The notes under the pieces are model-generated. The model did not search any database. It was not told the DNA's origin and saw only the letters and a list, made by a program, of their open reading frames with translations. This document shows positions 26,931 through 42,086 of a DNA stretch of 64,000 bases, piece by piece. The translations under genes were made by a program, and so were the position numbers. The stretch is from Tubiluchus corallicola (taxonomy: Eukaryota; Animalia; Priapulida), in the NCBI GenBank assembly GCA_030141605.1, contig JAQGDQ010000379.1:124001-188000 (forward strand), in the 5' to 3' direction. Every line of letters begins with the position of its first letter. Position 1 is the first letter of the stretch.

Positions 26931-29900
26931 GCTTTCTACCGGTTAATTAAGAAACAAAGTGAACAAGTTTCAAGTTTTCTTTGTCGGTTGTACACTAAAC
27001 TAAACAAGTGAGAACCTGAAACTTTGCATTAAGTTTTCAATAAGCATGATGAGTCATGTTGTTAAATGAGCCACTCTTCGGCTTCTTTATAAATGTTGAT
27101 AAATTTCCAAACAGAACTTAAAAGGTTAGTCAATTGCCTATGTGCCGATTACTTTGATAGCTTAACTCAGTTCATTTGGTGACTATTAGGAACTTCAAAT
27201 GCCTCCAAACAAAAAGCAGCAACTGAAGATTTGCCATAATCGTACAGCAAAATTTCTTCCTTTTCCATTTAAACTTATATTCCGAAGCCCATAAGGGCTT
27301 GGCTACAGGCCAATATCAACAAACACATCACAATTTTTAGTTATAAAACCAGTATTAAAAGTTTAAATTAAAAATAACTGGTTTGTTATAAATAATAAAA
27401 ACATTTGTATTGGAAATTCCAAAACATCATTTTTCTTCATTGGCTTTTTACTGTGAACTATAAAGTCATATCTACAGGAAAAACAAGTAGTTAAAAATTG
27501 CTTATAAAGACTGCATGTAAGATTTATTGCAACACGTATAAAAAAAGCTTCTTGCATTAGAAGCATAAAGCTTATTAAACGGTTTAGCTAGAGAAATATC
27601 ATTGATTGATTGATTGAATACTTTTATTTTGGAACAAAGTCCATATTGCAACACAATACAAATCATAATGAATAATTTCAGTCCGTGTATACTGTATCAT
27701 ACATGTGTCATGTAGTGAAAATAATTCGAAATAAAATAAGATATCATGATGTATAAACTCTTAATTCTTCTGAGGAACCAAACGTTTAGGCACCATTATA
27801 AAATGGTGATCATGCCTTTTCAGTATAAGCACTTCCAATATTTTGCTTGAAACAGTTTTAATAGTAGGCTCACTTGAAGAGTCAATAACGAATTATTGTG
27901 GCTCTCATTCTTGTTAGAACAGCAGATTAATAAGGCTCCTAATCGTGCTATGTAATTCCGAAAACTACTTGCTAAAATATTCTTGTTCGTTTACACATGA
28001 ATCTTCCTGTCACGTAAAACCACAATAAGGTACAGTGAAAGTATCAGTTGCAGCTATGAGACAGCGAATGAATCATGAAGACCCATTGCAATTGTGGATT
28101 AATGGCTAACATGAAACCATTCTAAAACAGCAGTCTAGCTTCGATAGGTGTAAGGTCCGACCGACTTAATGCAACAGTACCAGAGTAAGGAGACAGCTCC
28201 CACAATGCTTTTGGAAGTACGTTATCACTAAGACGTATGTTTATTAACCATTAATCTACAACTAAACTGGTGTTTGGAAAATAATGTAAAATGTACGGAA
28301 AATAGAAAGATGATAGAATAGAAGGTTCAAATCCCAAAAACAGGGTTAAAGCAGGAGAACCACAACTTCATTGCTCTTGTTTTGCAATCAATGTAACAGC
28401 TATAAGACCATGCAACAATAAGATTTCTCAAGAAAATTTACAATCTAGAAGTTCAGATATAAGCATTTCCCATATTCTCTGGCATAGGCTACAAGCCTGC
28501 CATTTTAAAGACACAAAATCTGGCGAATTCTCATACAAGTGCACACACCATATAACAAGTGATACAAATAATATACGTGAAAAAAATGACCAACGGCATA
28601 AAGAGCATACGGCAGACCTTTTCCAAACAAACATCAAAGGAAATTGGATTATCTTGAAATCTAATTATCTGTCACCATCTGGAGCACCCATGTATTGCAG
28701 TAACTGTGCAGCTTCTGACCAGATTCTAGATCTATGTTTTCTGGACGCATATACCAGATTTTCGTAAAAAGAAATATTGTAGCCTTAGCAAATCATCTAG
28801 TTATAGCTGCACAAGAATTTTCAGAAACTGTTGAAGAACTGCGCAGCCACAACCTCATCTTAGTACTCAATAAGCCTGTAATGTACTTTCCAGATGAGAA
28901 CATTCAGGTCCATCTTTCGTATTTAATGTAACAATACAGTGCTTTTGCAATAGTTTCTAAGAGACTTTAGGAACAAACTGGGTACCATTCAAAGCTACAT
29001 TATTTTTATTACCTATTTTTTAATATACTAACCAAGGGGCTTTGTTGAATTAACGAGACATTATTTGTTTGCAGACCATACTTTAACAGCAATATTAGTT
29101 CCTAGTTTCTACATACCACAACGTTTTTTTTGAAATAATGAATGTATATAATTACCTATAAAATGGAATCTACGTAGGAAGGAAGTACATAACAACACTC
29201 AGAGTACCGATAACTAGTTCAGAACTGTCTCCACCCTAATGGGCTTCCATTTTTGACAAACAATAGCACATCCAATTATTGTTTCTTGCCCAAATTCATC
29301 TATGCAGGCCTGTGTGCTCTGAATACACAAAGAGCAACGAACCCAGACACTGTAGCAAACGATGCTAGTGATCAACAAATATCAACGATGGATTTTCCTA
29401 TTGAGGTGGAATCAATATAACACTAAGAGCTAACTAGGCATCAGAATAACTAGGTAAATACACATTTAGATGACACATAACTGTATTTGCGACCCGTGCA
29501 CTACATGACAGTGCAGAACTATGTGCAATATACTGAATGTAATGGTATACTCAACAGCCTGCTGTCTTCCTTGCTAGCACACTTATTGATCAGGAATGAA
29601 GCCAAGTAATCATGCCTGCTGCACGCTACCCTCTCCCGGCTTCATGCACTCAACTGCAAATTGCCGACTGCAACCTTTTCCCAATTTTCACGTCAACTGT
29701 GCATAATTATGCAGGTATCCAGCCACTGTGAGATCAAAAAGTGTAACAAAAACACAACAAGGGATACCACGTTGTATGTAGATAAGGCATTTTTACACTT
29801 CTGGCTGTTTCATTTTTTTCTGAAACCATTGATACTTTTAACCAGTTTCTTTACATCCAACAGATCACTAGAACTATTCGCTCATATTATATAGATTAAA

Positions 29901-30229
29901 AGAAACAAACTTTCCCCAAAATCAATTAAAATAAACACTAATTAACATCATAACGAAAATTGTTTCGCTTTGCCATGATAATTTATAAAATCATGGTGAT
30001 TCGTAAGTGATGATGATAAGCCACGCATTGCAGTGCCTAGTTTTTTGCTGGATTACTGCAAAACTGTGTTTGCCTGTCTTGGTGGCAGATTTCTTTTATT
30101 TTAGAATTCTGTCTAGTCAATTTCTACAATAGACGCTATGGGTATATGACGCTGATTATAGAATCATAAATTTATAGCAGATATTACCTCTAAAAAGTCC
30201 CCATTGCCTCTTACATAATATTTCGTGGT

Positions 30230-30420
30230 GACCTTGGGATCGCGCTGTCTGCCAGCCTTGCATTTCAAAAGATGCTGCTCCTTGCGTTCATCGAATAGTT
30301 ATTCAAATTTATCTACTATAGACGCTTCAATTACTGGAATAGGTAGGCTATGCCATGTATTGACCTTTGACCTGAATACAAAATAGCTCGGTTCCTTCAT
30401 AAAGGCTATCACTTTCTAAT
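30230..30420 (-). mobile_element. Decayed CR1/L2 LINE 3' fragment
   Basis: Translation KVNTWHSLPIPVIEASIVDKF matches the CR1 terminal RVVN.WNSLP..VVEA....F motif. Confidence 0.6.
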
Positions 30421-33040
30421 AAAAACAGCAACCGAAAATTTCACTTAAGTTCCTCCTTTCATTGTTAAAGATCTAACACTTTCCGGATTTCTTTAGGACT
30501 TTTACATTTTTAAACAAATCCTAAAAGATATATTTAGTAAGAATATAAGTTTCTTGACATTAAGAAATTAAGAAAGACATTCTAAAAACACTTTTAATAA
30601 ACATTTTTTAGTAAAAAGAAATAAAAGGAAAGCACCAATGATCACTCACACAGTACACGATACGGATATTTTCAGCTTACATAGACATACTATTTTCACA
30701 TATTTAAACTGCACATTCCAGCCAATCTTCCAGGCTCGCTGCTCAAAACAATCTGCCCTACAAGCAATTAAAAGATTGCCATTTTATGTACATTCTTGAC
30801 AGTATACCTGAAATTCATGAAGTACAAAATGCAGAAAAAAGTGTAAGGCCTCTATCCCATGGACATTTATGCATATCATACATATACATGTATAAAACCT
30901 CGACCAAAATCCGATCCGGCTTGAGGTTTATTGCATTAAGCAAACTTATCCGGAGGTGCCCTCGGTATTACTTTTATTAAAACACGCAAGCGTTGCGCTG
31001 AAATCAACTAAGCCAAAAAAACAGAAAGAGTACTAAAACTAGAAATCATATTTTCATTCAGCTACTCTTGGCTTCAAAAAGAATCCTGAAACAGCGGTAT
31101 GGCTTCAAAAGAAACACGTTGTTATTAACGTCGACACTAATGATCAACGGTTACATTATTAGTTGATAAGACGCTCATTAGGAGAAAGATGAGACTAATT
31201 ACAATCGACGATGCACTGGTGAGGAACCATCTTTAATGCTACAATTAGTAGCAGCTTCCCAATAATTAGATTGCTTGAATAGCTCGATACAAAGCCGACG
31301 AGTACTCACGCATGCGCAGTGCAAGCAAGATGGAAATGTCAAGCGGAGCAAGGCAGATTCCAAGTTTGATCTATACCACTACTAAAAATATTCAGCAAAT
31401 ACTTAAACAGTACACGACACTGTGGCAACAAATCGGAAACATTATTTGGGAATGACACCAAGATATAAAAATATTAGTTGAAAATGCAAAGAGAAGTGTA
31501 AAGTTAAGCAACATCGAGGCCTGTCGGTAAATGGCTTGCGATCGCCTAGGTTCAATATCAGCTCTGAGCAGTTTTATTCGCCATACTGATTCTGATAGTC
31601 TACCTCATTGAGGATGATTTTATTCAAACCCGACTGTAGCTAAGATACCTACGAGGTTCATTGGCTAATTTTAGCCTCAGATTCCAGTTTCACTCTACAC
31701 TGAGTACTACCCCGTTTCAATACTCAACACTGAGTATACTAGGTGTTTTCATTGAAAACTGGATACCGACTTGCAAAGCGCCGAACGTGTGAAAAATGTA
31801 AAATTAATTAACTGAATAAAAGTGTAAATATTATGACGTTTTTATCATGCAACTTTACAAAATTTTCAGTCCAACCGTTATTTAACCATATTTTAGTTAC
31901 CCACTGGTGCTTGAAAAATGCTAAAAGGTCAGGTGTTTTCTAAAATATTAGTTTCGTTTGTTTTCTACTAAGCACTATTCGTTTTTAGGTTCGATCAATA
32001 CACGTCACCAGTTCGAGACAGATAAAATTACCTTTAGACTTCTAGTCGCTCGCTCATTCTCTCCCTAAAACTGCTACCAAACTCGATTAAGAAATTTTGT
32101 GATAGCGTCGTGAGGTTTACAAACGCATTTCACGGGGCATGAGCGCTTAACAGGGAACAAACCTTATAAGCATTGTACAGAGCCGTTATAGAACTCAATG
32201 GTTAATTTTAAATTTACTCAATTTCAGTTTTAAACAATGGTAAAATCAGGGCGTAAATATCAAGTGAATGTGACAGCAAGCATTAAAATTTCACACTGAT
32301 GTGTTTAATTGTTAACACCTTCAACATATCCATCATTACTGCACATGTAAACTATTATGAGGTTTAAACATTGATAAGTGCTGATTTAATACTTTCATGT
32401 AATTGATGATGATGATGATGATATCGATTATTATTAATCACAATCATCGTCATCACCATTATCATTATTATATAGTTTCTTAATGACAATTGTAGTAAAA
32501 CATTGAAAATTTTACAAATAAAAATGGTTATACTAAGTACTGTAGCCTATACAGAACAGTAATGTAACCTCAAGCTTCTTCCAGACCTACTTCTCTTTGA
32601 AACCTCCATTTGTTTCAAAATAAGAAATTGTTAGTATGTTATTCTGAGAACACACTACGAATTGTGATTACAAGCAACTATGACGTTATTTAATAAGTTA
32701 AAAATACGCGAATCTTATCTTTGCAGCCTTCAAGCAATTAGTGAAAATGAGATTAGGCAGATCCTATAAAACATTTTCGCACAAATAAATTGCCTCAAAA
32801 TTGTGTAAAGTTATTGCAGTAATGGCTGCGATAATGCATCACTTGACATTTAAAACTCTTACACTTAAATTCATCTTACCCTGGGCGATTGTAACGCGCT
32901 GTGCGTAATTATGACTGCAACTTCTCAGTTTTACTTAAATCAATTCACACTGGTTTTTTGGGGGCACACGGAAAGAACAATTTCGAGCGAAAGCAATTAC
33001 AGTAATTGGACTATAATTCCACCTGTCGATTTTCATAAAT

Positions 33041-33856
33041 GCTGGCTGCAGGCTGGATTTTAGCGCAAGAGTATAGAGTTTGAGCGCGATTATTTCTCTG
33101 CGAATGGTTAGCAGGCTGCAGGCTGGATTTGAAAGCACAGAGTTAGTGCAGGATTATTTCACTGTAACTGGCTAGCAAACTGGGGGCTGAATTTGAGGAC
33201 ACAGAGTTAGTAATGCAGAATTATTTCACTGTAACTGGCTAGCAGGTTGCAGACAGGATTTGAAGACATAGCATTAGTGCAGGATTATTTCACTGTAACC
33301 AGCTAGCAGGCTGCAGGCTGGATTTGAAGACATAGCATTAGTGCAGGATTATTTCACTGTAACCAGCTAGCAGGCTGCAGGCTGGATTTGAGAGCAAAGA
33401 GTTATAGTGCAGGATTATTTCACTGTAACTGGCTAGCAGGTTGCAGGCAGGATTTGAGGGCCTAAAGTTAGTGCATGATTATTTCACTATAACTGGCTAG
33501 CAGACTGGGGGCTGGATTTGAGGGCAAAGGGTTAGTGCAGGATTGTTTCACTGTAACCAGTTAGCAAGCTGCAGACTGGATTTGTGGGCATAGAGTTAGT
33601 CGTTGGTTATTTCACTGTAACTGGCTAGCAAGCTGCAGGATGGATTCAAGGGCAGAGAGTTACTGCATGATTATTTCACTGCAACCAGTTAGCAGATTGC
33701 AGGCTGGGTTTGAGGACAGAGTGTTACTGCATAACTATTTCATGTAACTTGCTAGCAGGCGACAGGTTGGATTTGAAGGCATACAGTTAGTACGTGATTA
33801 CTTCACGGTGACCAGAAATAACAAGCTGTAGTCTGGATTTGGGTGCACAGAGTTAT
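33041..33856. repeat. 64-bp minisatellite, about 12-13 copies
   Basis: Unit approximately ttagtgcaggattatttcactgtaactggctagcaggctgcaggctggatttgaagacatagca; attatttc occurs at 33220, 33284 and 33348. Confidence 0.95.
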
Positions 33857-36800
33857 GTAACTGTAATCCATTTGCAGTGAACTCTACAGTTCGATTACTT
33901 TTGTTCCCAATGTTTCTCTTCTATCATTTTGAACTTCTTTATGTATGTTGTCAAATGAGCGTTCGTTTATAATGGCACTAATAAACATCAATACATACTC
34001 ATTTTTGCAAATTGTTTGGGATTGAAATAAGAATAGAATTAAGAGCAAAGTAATACCAAAAAAAAATAAGAAAAAGACACCGTACAGAAGCAATAACCCT
34101 GTGGGCTTTTGAGTAAAGCAATAAAGTCCTGATTTCGCAAAATACTTAAACTAATTAGTTCGACGAACTATGTCACGACCAACTGCTACAAAGTATTATG
34201 CTCAAATGCAGAGTAAGCAGTTGCGTGTGATTTATAATACTACATTAATTAGTGCCATTCACAACGCTGACCAATGGTGGAGAACAATAGGTTAACTGCA
34301 TGGAACAGGAAGAAATCAATAACAGCAAAACAGCTTCCATACAAACTAGAGAAATCATTATAAAAGTGCTAGGGATTAATTATTAAAACGCTTGCATATG
34401 GCAACATTATCAGTCATGAGCACAGATCAGCAGTACAGGGCAGACTCTGCATTCATGGTGGAATAAATGAAATCAGTACACTCGTACTAAATAACATTTG
34501 TAACATATAGTACTGTGTATAATAAATAATTGATAAAACAAGTATAAACTTAACACACTAATACTGTGAAATTGTTCATTACATTGTACTTAACGAAGTT
34601 AACCAGTTAGCTTAACAGGCTAGAGTTCTAAATCACGAGAGCTGGAGTAGTTAATATAAATCATAGAAAATGTAGTAAAGAAGAACTTAGAACAACAGAC
34701 ACAAATGCAGGAACCATTGAAACACAATAGGACATGTATTTTTACCAGGTTTTTATAATTAGTGGTCAACCATTGAAATGTGGTAACTGTCTGATGCTGA
34801 TCAACGCTTACCTGGCAGCAGAACCTTACTATTTAAAGATAATCTTGCCATTTCCACTCTATGACAGCCAGCAAATGTTATGTGACAATTAATTACTAAG
34901 CCACATTAAAAAAGCCAGAAAATGTTATGCGAGAGTTAGATACTAACAGAACATTGATCAGTCACAAAAACTGATCACATTGTAGCAACTCTGTCATAAG
35001 CCCTTAGTAAACAGAAATAACATTTACACTATGTGAAGTGAAGTGTACACGACATTTATTAGCTATTTCAACAAAGCTCGATAAATAACCGATCCCAAAT
35101 CTTAGATGACTTATCCTATATGAGCATCAGGTGCTAAGATACAACTTCAGTCGCAAAGCAATTACTAAAAGTTGTTGCTAATAAACAGCTTAAATGGCTT
35201 CAATAAAAGAAGCCATATCTTGGCAAATATGAATCAAGTAAATCAAACTAGTGACCATTATTACACATGAAGCCTAGCCTACATAGACAAGATACCTATT
35301 CCTGTAACAATTTCCTGCACAATAAAAGAAAAACAAAGACCCCCGGGTTTTATTCTTCTGTAAAGAGGTTGAATGAGGGTTTAATGAACGAACGACTATC
35401 TTGTAAGTTGTCCTCCTGTCCAAGTTACAATGCAGTGACTTATATTACTTTTTCAGCAAATACTGATGTTATTGTGTTTATTATGCGCCTGAAGGTTCAG
35501 CGAGATTGAGTTTTATTACTGAGATTTATTGAGAAAAACATGTAGAAATGATTCAGAAAAATGACAGAAATCGTTAGCTTTTTATGGTGTCCCTGTGAGC
35601 ATTGCCTCCTGTAGAAGATCTTAAAGACAGTGGTACCGTGAATTATTTTCTAAACAGTAAAATTAGAAAAGAATTTAAACATTTAAAAATTCAAGCAAAA
35701 TAGAAATAATTTTGTAGAATTGCAACAACTGTTACTAAATTATAATTAGCATGTTACATCATATCATTTACAGAAATATACTTATACATAAAATTTTCAT
35801 TTTATTGTGGTCTTTATAGCAAGAATATTAATAATTGTGCAACAAACTCAAAATTAAATTTTGAGCACCAGTCTTGACAAAAAGAAAAGTCTGTAAAAGT
35901 CAGGATTTGAACGAAGAATCGCTGAATTACAAAAAAATGACACAACCTCTAAATCACATAGCCCCTTGTGATCGAAATAGACCTTAATTTAATCATAACA
36001 GTCCCTGGTTCCAATCCAAACTTGCTCAGATTTACGTTTCGTTCCTTTTGACCAAATTTGATTTCAAAAATCTTGTAATTATGGATTCATTTCATCGCAA
36101 AAAATGCAAATACTACTTAAAAATAATCTTGCTTAGCAGCCTGGTGTTTTATCATTATACAAACAGTTTACTGATGGAAAACAAAATGATAAATGTTGCA
36201 CGAATGTGTCCAGTGAAAAGCGGTTTTCTCGTTTTCTGCAATCTCTGGAGACATGTGAAACTGTCTACTGAATACTAATGTAAGAGATCGTTAAAGAAAA
36301 ACAACATGCGAACTGCAAGACAGCAGATAATGGGACATTCTGCTCAATAACAGGAGCAGAATATCGAAAAATAGATAGCAAAGAGTTAACAGTAATCTCA
36401 ATGACTGTCGTTGCCATGGCGCTGTTGTGGTGTTTAATATAAACTTATAAGTTATAACACATGCATATTTTTTGCTTTTCAAGAACATTACTGGATACAT
36501 CCCAACTACTAGTAAATTAGTCAGCATAGCATTGACTTTAGTATAAGGTCTTGTGTTTGAGTCACCCCCCCCCCAGCGGAGTGCAACAATTTTTTCACAC
36601 TTTCTAATTTAGAAATGATTTGTGTATCTATGCGATTATTACAAGCATTTAATTTCTAAGTATTCCACTATGTTCATATTTTCCCTTCTGTTCTATAACC
36701 TCTCGTCTTGACTCTTGAATGACAACTTGAATAAAAAAGTCATTACCAATTTTTTATCAAATTTTGACAACAGCAAAAAAGTTCCTTACAATTTAATCAC

Positions 36801-36911
36801 AGCTTTCTAATTAGCTTTCTAATTTACACCACGTGAATTACTAAATTGAAAAAATGCTAACATTTTCAAAAAATAATTTTCGTAATTTTTAGTTTAGTTT
36901 TGGATTTTAGA

Positions 36912-37173
36912 AAGTGGCGTACAAAATAGGGAAGCAAGGGGAGCAACCGTTCCCCAAAGCACATTTTTTCAAATTGGCACTTTTTCTGCATTTTCTACAA
37001 TTTTTACGAGCTTAATATTTATGAGCTTACTGTCAAACTTTTTATTTTATTTTTATTTTAAATACAAAATTAAAAAATATAATCAATACAATACATTTAA
37101 AATTGTTTAATACGTGTCACGGTGCCTTTTTTATGTCTTGCTCTCCCTAAAATTTAGAATCTGGCTACGCCCC
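36912..37173. mobile_element. MITE with AGTGGCGTA / TACGCCCCT termini (hAT-like)
   Basis: Inverted termini and internal ggggagca / tgctctccc inverted motifs. Confidence 0.5.
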
Positions 37174-39119
37174 TAAGTAACTGCAAACTGAAGGGTAATT
37201 TTTTAAACTAGTTGATATTACTTTACAAATTAAGAGAAATAAGAAAAATGGCTAATTTTTTTCGCCACTTTCAAAACCCATAAAATTCATAGAAATGTTT
37301 CACGAAAATCATATTACTCTGCCTGTCACAAAAATCTCCTACAGCAACAGGAAGAAGCCAATGACAAATTGGGAAATTAAACATCTGTTGGTGGCACACA
37401 CAATGGCAATGTGTGCCCTCCTTTCTTAATCCATTAATAAATCAATTTGCAGTGAAAGATTAATTGAGTTACCTGTGGTGCTACTGCTGCAACAGAAGAA
37501 TACTAGGGAGTGAAGCAGCATCAGTATCAGACATGGCATATAAAATTATGCATTATCAGTAAGATGATGGTATACACCAACAATTAGTTAGCTTTCTCTA
37601 CCAAATCAAAAAACGAGAAAATTGAAAAATGGAAGGTCCTTGGTTCAAATCCAGGTTGCATCCCAACTCTTTAACATTACCTGTCTTTCAATTTTGGTAT
37701 CAAAATTTAATTAATTGAGGATTATGCCATTGTTAATATTAACTTTGACATTAAGATTATAATAATAATAATAATTCATTATCAGCATAATGTAAAGAAT
37801 TTTTTAAACATATTTGACACTATTCATAAACATAATATTTTCCTTCAGAAATATTAAAAACTTATAATATGAAAACTGAACTGAATTGACATTAAAATTG
37901 TAAAGCAATAACCATATTCTAGTTTCAATATTTATTTAATTCACTTATATTTGTATTTTATCCACTTTAACTGCTCGTAATTGCTCCCGTATTTCAACAG
38001 TTTTAAGAAGATCGTCACAAGCACCTTAAGCTAAAGGTCAGCAAAAGTTTCTCAGTGAACAAACCAAGAAAGAAAGGAAGTCCAGTAAGACATTTTGTGA
38101 CACCAGAATCCATGACAATTTCCAACTTTCAATTTTCTATTTCAACAATTTCATTTTCATAGTCTGAGTAAGTGGCGCCAGCTAGTGCAATATTTACTAC
38201 TAATATTAATGCTCTAACTTTGTTTCGGGAGGGGGAAATGAAGCCATAGCGTGCTGGAAAATTGAAACGTGCTGCCATCTACAGCTAAAGCGACGAATAT
38301 ACAAGCAACTCACTCTGAAATGTGTAAAGAAAGCCAAATTACATTGCTTAAAATAAAACAAAGGTATTGTTAAGGTCATGCTCATTGACAAGTGCTAATC
38401 AATTGCAATTACTAATCAATAATGAGGCACTTTCTAAACCTATTATCTGAGAACACAAGGTGTATCTTGGACAGGAGTATGACCATTTTGCGACTAATTA
38501 AAAACTAAGGTATTTAGTAGTAAAAGACAAAAAAATCTTCTGATCTATATCAATAATCAGTTTTAATTATTGGTTAAAAATTCATTTTGAAACAAAGTTG
38601 AATCAATAAATATGGCTCGTTTTATATTATTGGCAATGAATGATTGTACACAGACACAAAGCTCAATAAAAAGCCAACTGTTAATAATGTTACTATATGA
38701 AATTTGCCTGATATAAGCGTGTCTGCTTACATAAATGCATTAAATTCACTTAGTAATACAAGTATAGCTGTTAAAGTCAATTAAATTTTGCTACCTAACT
38801 TAAGCTTAAACAATGTGTTTGAACACATTAAATATATAAAAAAATCTACCTAGATTTGAAAAATTATAAGATTACATTAGATTAGATTGGATTAGATTTT
38901 ATTCGTCTCATTTAAAGTTACACATATAATAATATACAATGTTTTTAAGATGATGAGATGATTATTTATTTATTTAGTTAATCGAGTGACACCATTAGCA
39001 GCTTGATGCAAGACAAGTTTAATAAATATATACATTATTAATTTAAAATAAATTAAAACTGTGTTAATCAAAATTTAAAATTGTGTTAGTAACTAAAGAT
39101 ATATACGTATTTGCTAAAT

Positions 39120-39800
39120 CATCTGTCGCACCTGTCGCAGTGGCCATAATCACAGCAGCTACCGACACAGCATCCGGATATCTGCATACTATGCGCCCTA
39201 ATATTTATAGCTACTTTGGACCTGGAGACTGCAGTTACAGTTACAGTTGAAAGAAGTAGATTCGAGGAAGAGAGAAGACAAATATTTCAAAACAGATAAT
39301 ACATCATTTTGTATACAAACCGAGAATACATCTCGGTTTATTATCATTTATTAGACACTGGAAAGCCCTTGATTTTGCAAAAAGCAGCTTAAATTTACAG
39401 TGTATAACTAAATAACCAATATTGCTAAATAGCTTGATCTCCCGATTGAATCCAAATGCTATCTTTTGTGTCTAAGCAGTTATTGAATTCAAGTTATCAA
39501 CGTGTCTGAACATTCTACATCAAAAATGCCTAGTGCTCAACTGTTCTATGGGTCTAAAACTCCTAGTGTAAACAGCCTACACTATGTGTCTACAAATGTC
39601 CTTGTGTCGCAATGTACTGGTGTGGAAATGTCCTTGTGTCGAAATGTCCCATGTGCCGAAATGTCCCATGCGTCCAAATGTCTTGTGTCCAAATGTCCTA
39701 GTGTCCAAATGTCCTAGTGTCCAAATGTCCTAGTGTCCAAATGTCCTAGTGTCAAAATGTCCTGTGTGTCGAAATGTCCTTGTGTCGAAATGTCACATCA
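39120..39800 (+). mobile_element. Interspersed repeat with internal (TGTCCAAATGTCCTAG)n array, copy 2
   Basis: 16-bp tandem units at about 39590-39795; flanks shared with 17120-17250 and 58750-58830. Confidence 0.7.
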
Positions 39801-42086
39801 GTTATAGAATCTGGATGTGATTCAGTCACGTGGACTAAATGACACATATGAACTAATCACATATTAGGTTTTAAAGTCTAAAACAGAGGCTGACACCGCT
39901 ATTCGAATCGAATAAAATCCATAGTGAAACTAATTAGCATTAATATTTCAGCATAAATAACCGAGATCATTGTCAAAAAAATTAGGCACCTCGGAGTGCA
40001 TAAAAACACCATACCTGTAGCACAATTTTATCCTTGTGACTACTAATATTACAAAACTGACTAACCATACGTTTATGTGTGAACTGAACATTCCATGAGA
40101 TCTACAGAATTTTTTAGCCATACACTTATAATGTAGACACTGAAATTGTATGTGAGCAAAAGTGATGTTTTAAGTGAGTTTCAGAAGTTTTATTGAGATA
40201 AATATTAAGCAATGCCTTCAAACTGTCTTTAAGCCAATTATTCATTATTTTGGTCTTCACATCCCTTATCCACTCTTCTATCATGTACAAAAAAACAAAA
40301 TGATTTCCCATTTACATACATTTTTCGATATCTAAAAGAAGCCCAATTTGATGGGATGGGACTGATTTTCCATTCTGCAAATCAATTCTGCTCATTTTAT
40401 TACACTATGTCATTACACTATCTCAGTGCCATCTAATGACAAAATTGGAAACCAAAATTGGCCAGTTATACTTGAGACATAGCGCAGATTATGCAACTAG
40501 AAATATAAGAAACTGGGCATATTCTAATTGAGATTCTAATGGATTTTCAACAGAAAAGAAATGCGAGCGTGCAAATCTACCATTTTCAAAAAAATCTGCC
40601 ATTTTCGAGCACCAAATCGATACGGAATTACAAAGTGAACTCTCGTTTCCCTACAAAATTATTTGCTATGTTCCTAGGACTTTCCAACTTATCTAGTAAA
40701 ATGCACTAAGCAACCGCAGTTTCTTTGAGGAGAGTCAATATTTGAGCAAGCGAAGCCAAGCAGTAGTTGAAAGCACTTCAACCTATAATTTCAGAAATGA
40801 ATATACATGACGAATTATATCGACTTATCAGCCTAGAGTAATCAATTCATGATCATCATAGAAAACTCTACGGCACAGAGAAGCTTTTGAGGATCAGTAC
40901 AGCAGAGAAAATGCATTCTGAGTGAGTGGTCTGTCAATCTTTGATTATTTCAATAGCTAGTCCCTTAAAAATGCTGTAGGAGCGACATTATCTGTCATTA
41001 ATAACTCAGTTTAGTTGAATTTAGGCTGCCTAAAGTCAAGTTTAAGTTGAATTTAAGTTAAAAGTGAAAAGATTTAACAGTACTGCTTTTGTTAACTGTA
41101 ATAAACAAAAACTAGTAAGAAAAATACAACTTTCACGGGTGGTGGAGATGTCACTAAAAAAACTCTGTGTGCAGCTTTTCCTACAACAGCATAAAACGCT
41201 TTAATGATGTGACTATAATAATTCAGCTATCTCTCCAAAAGTAAAAAGACATGACAATTAATAATGAGAAGCGAAAATCAATCATATTCGTGTCAGTGCT
41301 AGGGAGAAAAGCTTATTAATACAGCAATCATATCAAATAAAACGAGATGCGTCATTTGCCCATGTGCAAGAAATTATTAATTAAGAAATAAACTCACAAT
41401 TGTTGAATTTTGAAACAAAACGTACTAACAATAGGAAATGTGAAAAGGTAGGAATCAAGAAACAACTTAAGATTTGAATCAGGGGCCTGCCATTAGGACC
41501 TGTCATGTTTACGGACACAGGAAACACGGAAATCTAGCGACCACGATGTTCGTTTTGTAAGCTAGAGGTCCTTAGTCAAATCTACACTGCATCTGGACTT
41601 TTTCGTATTTCCTGGGGCTTTTGAGCAAATTTTTAGTAACTAGGACTTATCCCACCAGTTTCAAAGTTTATTTAAAAATGCAGTAGAAGTGAAAGCTCAC
41701 AAACTTCTTTTAATGATGGAAATTTAATTACTGGTTAATGGTAACTGCACATTTGCACTCTACATTTGACTGTCTACAGTCTACGGGGATAATGTAGTTG
41801 CCCGGCAAATTAAATATGAAGAGTACTTATGTACACAAACCAATTTATGAACAGCACAGAAAACCTCAAATAGAAAAATGAGATACATGTAGCGCCGTAA
41901 AATTAATAGAGAGGTAGGCTTGACACATAAACGTAATAGCAAGTAGACAAAATTTTTCTGGCATAAAAATGGTTTGAAAAAAGCTGCTCAACATGAAATT
42001 TAACGAAGCTGCCACACATTTTTAAATTTAAATTAACCTGCTTCAGCTTTGATTGCAAAACGTTTCACTCCAGTCAAACTACTTAC

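Noticed and set aside
27780-28930. Possible decayed LINE APE/RT on the minus strand
   Set aside because: Only faint motif remnants; I could not translate a convincing stretch.
33041-33856. CRISPR-like array
   Set aside because: Contiguous tandem units without unique spacers, eukaryotic context, no cas genes.
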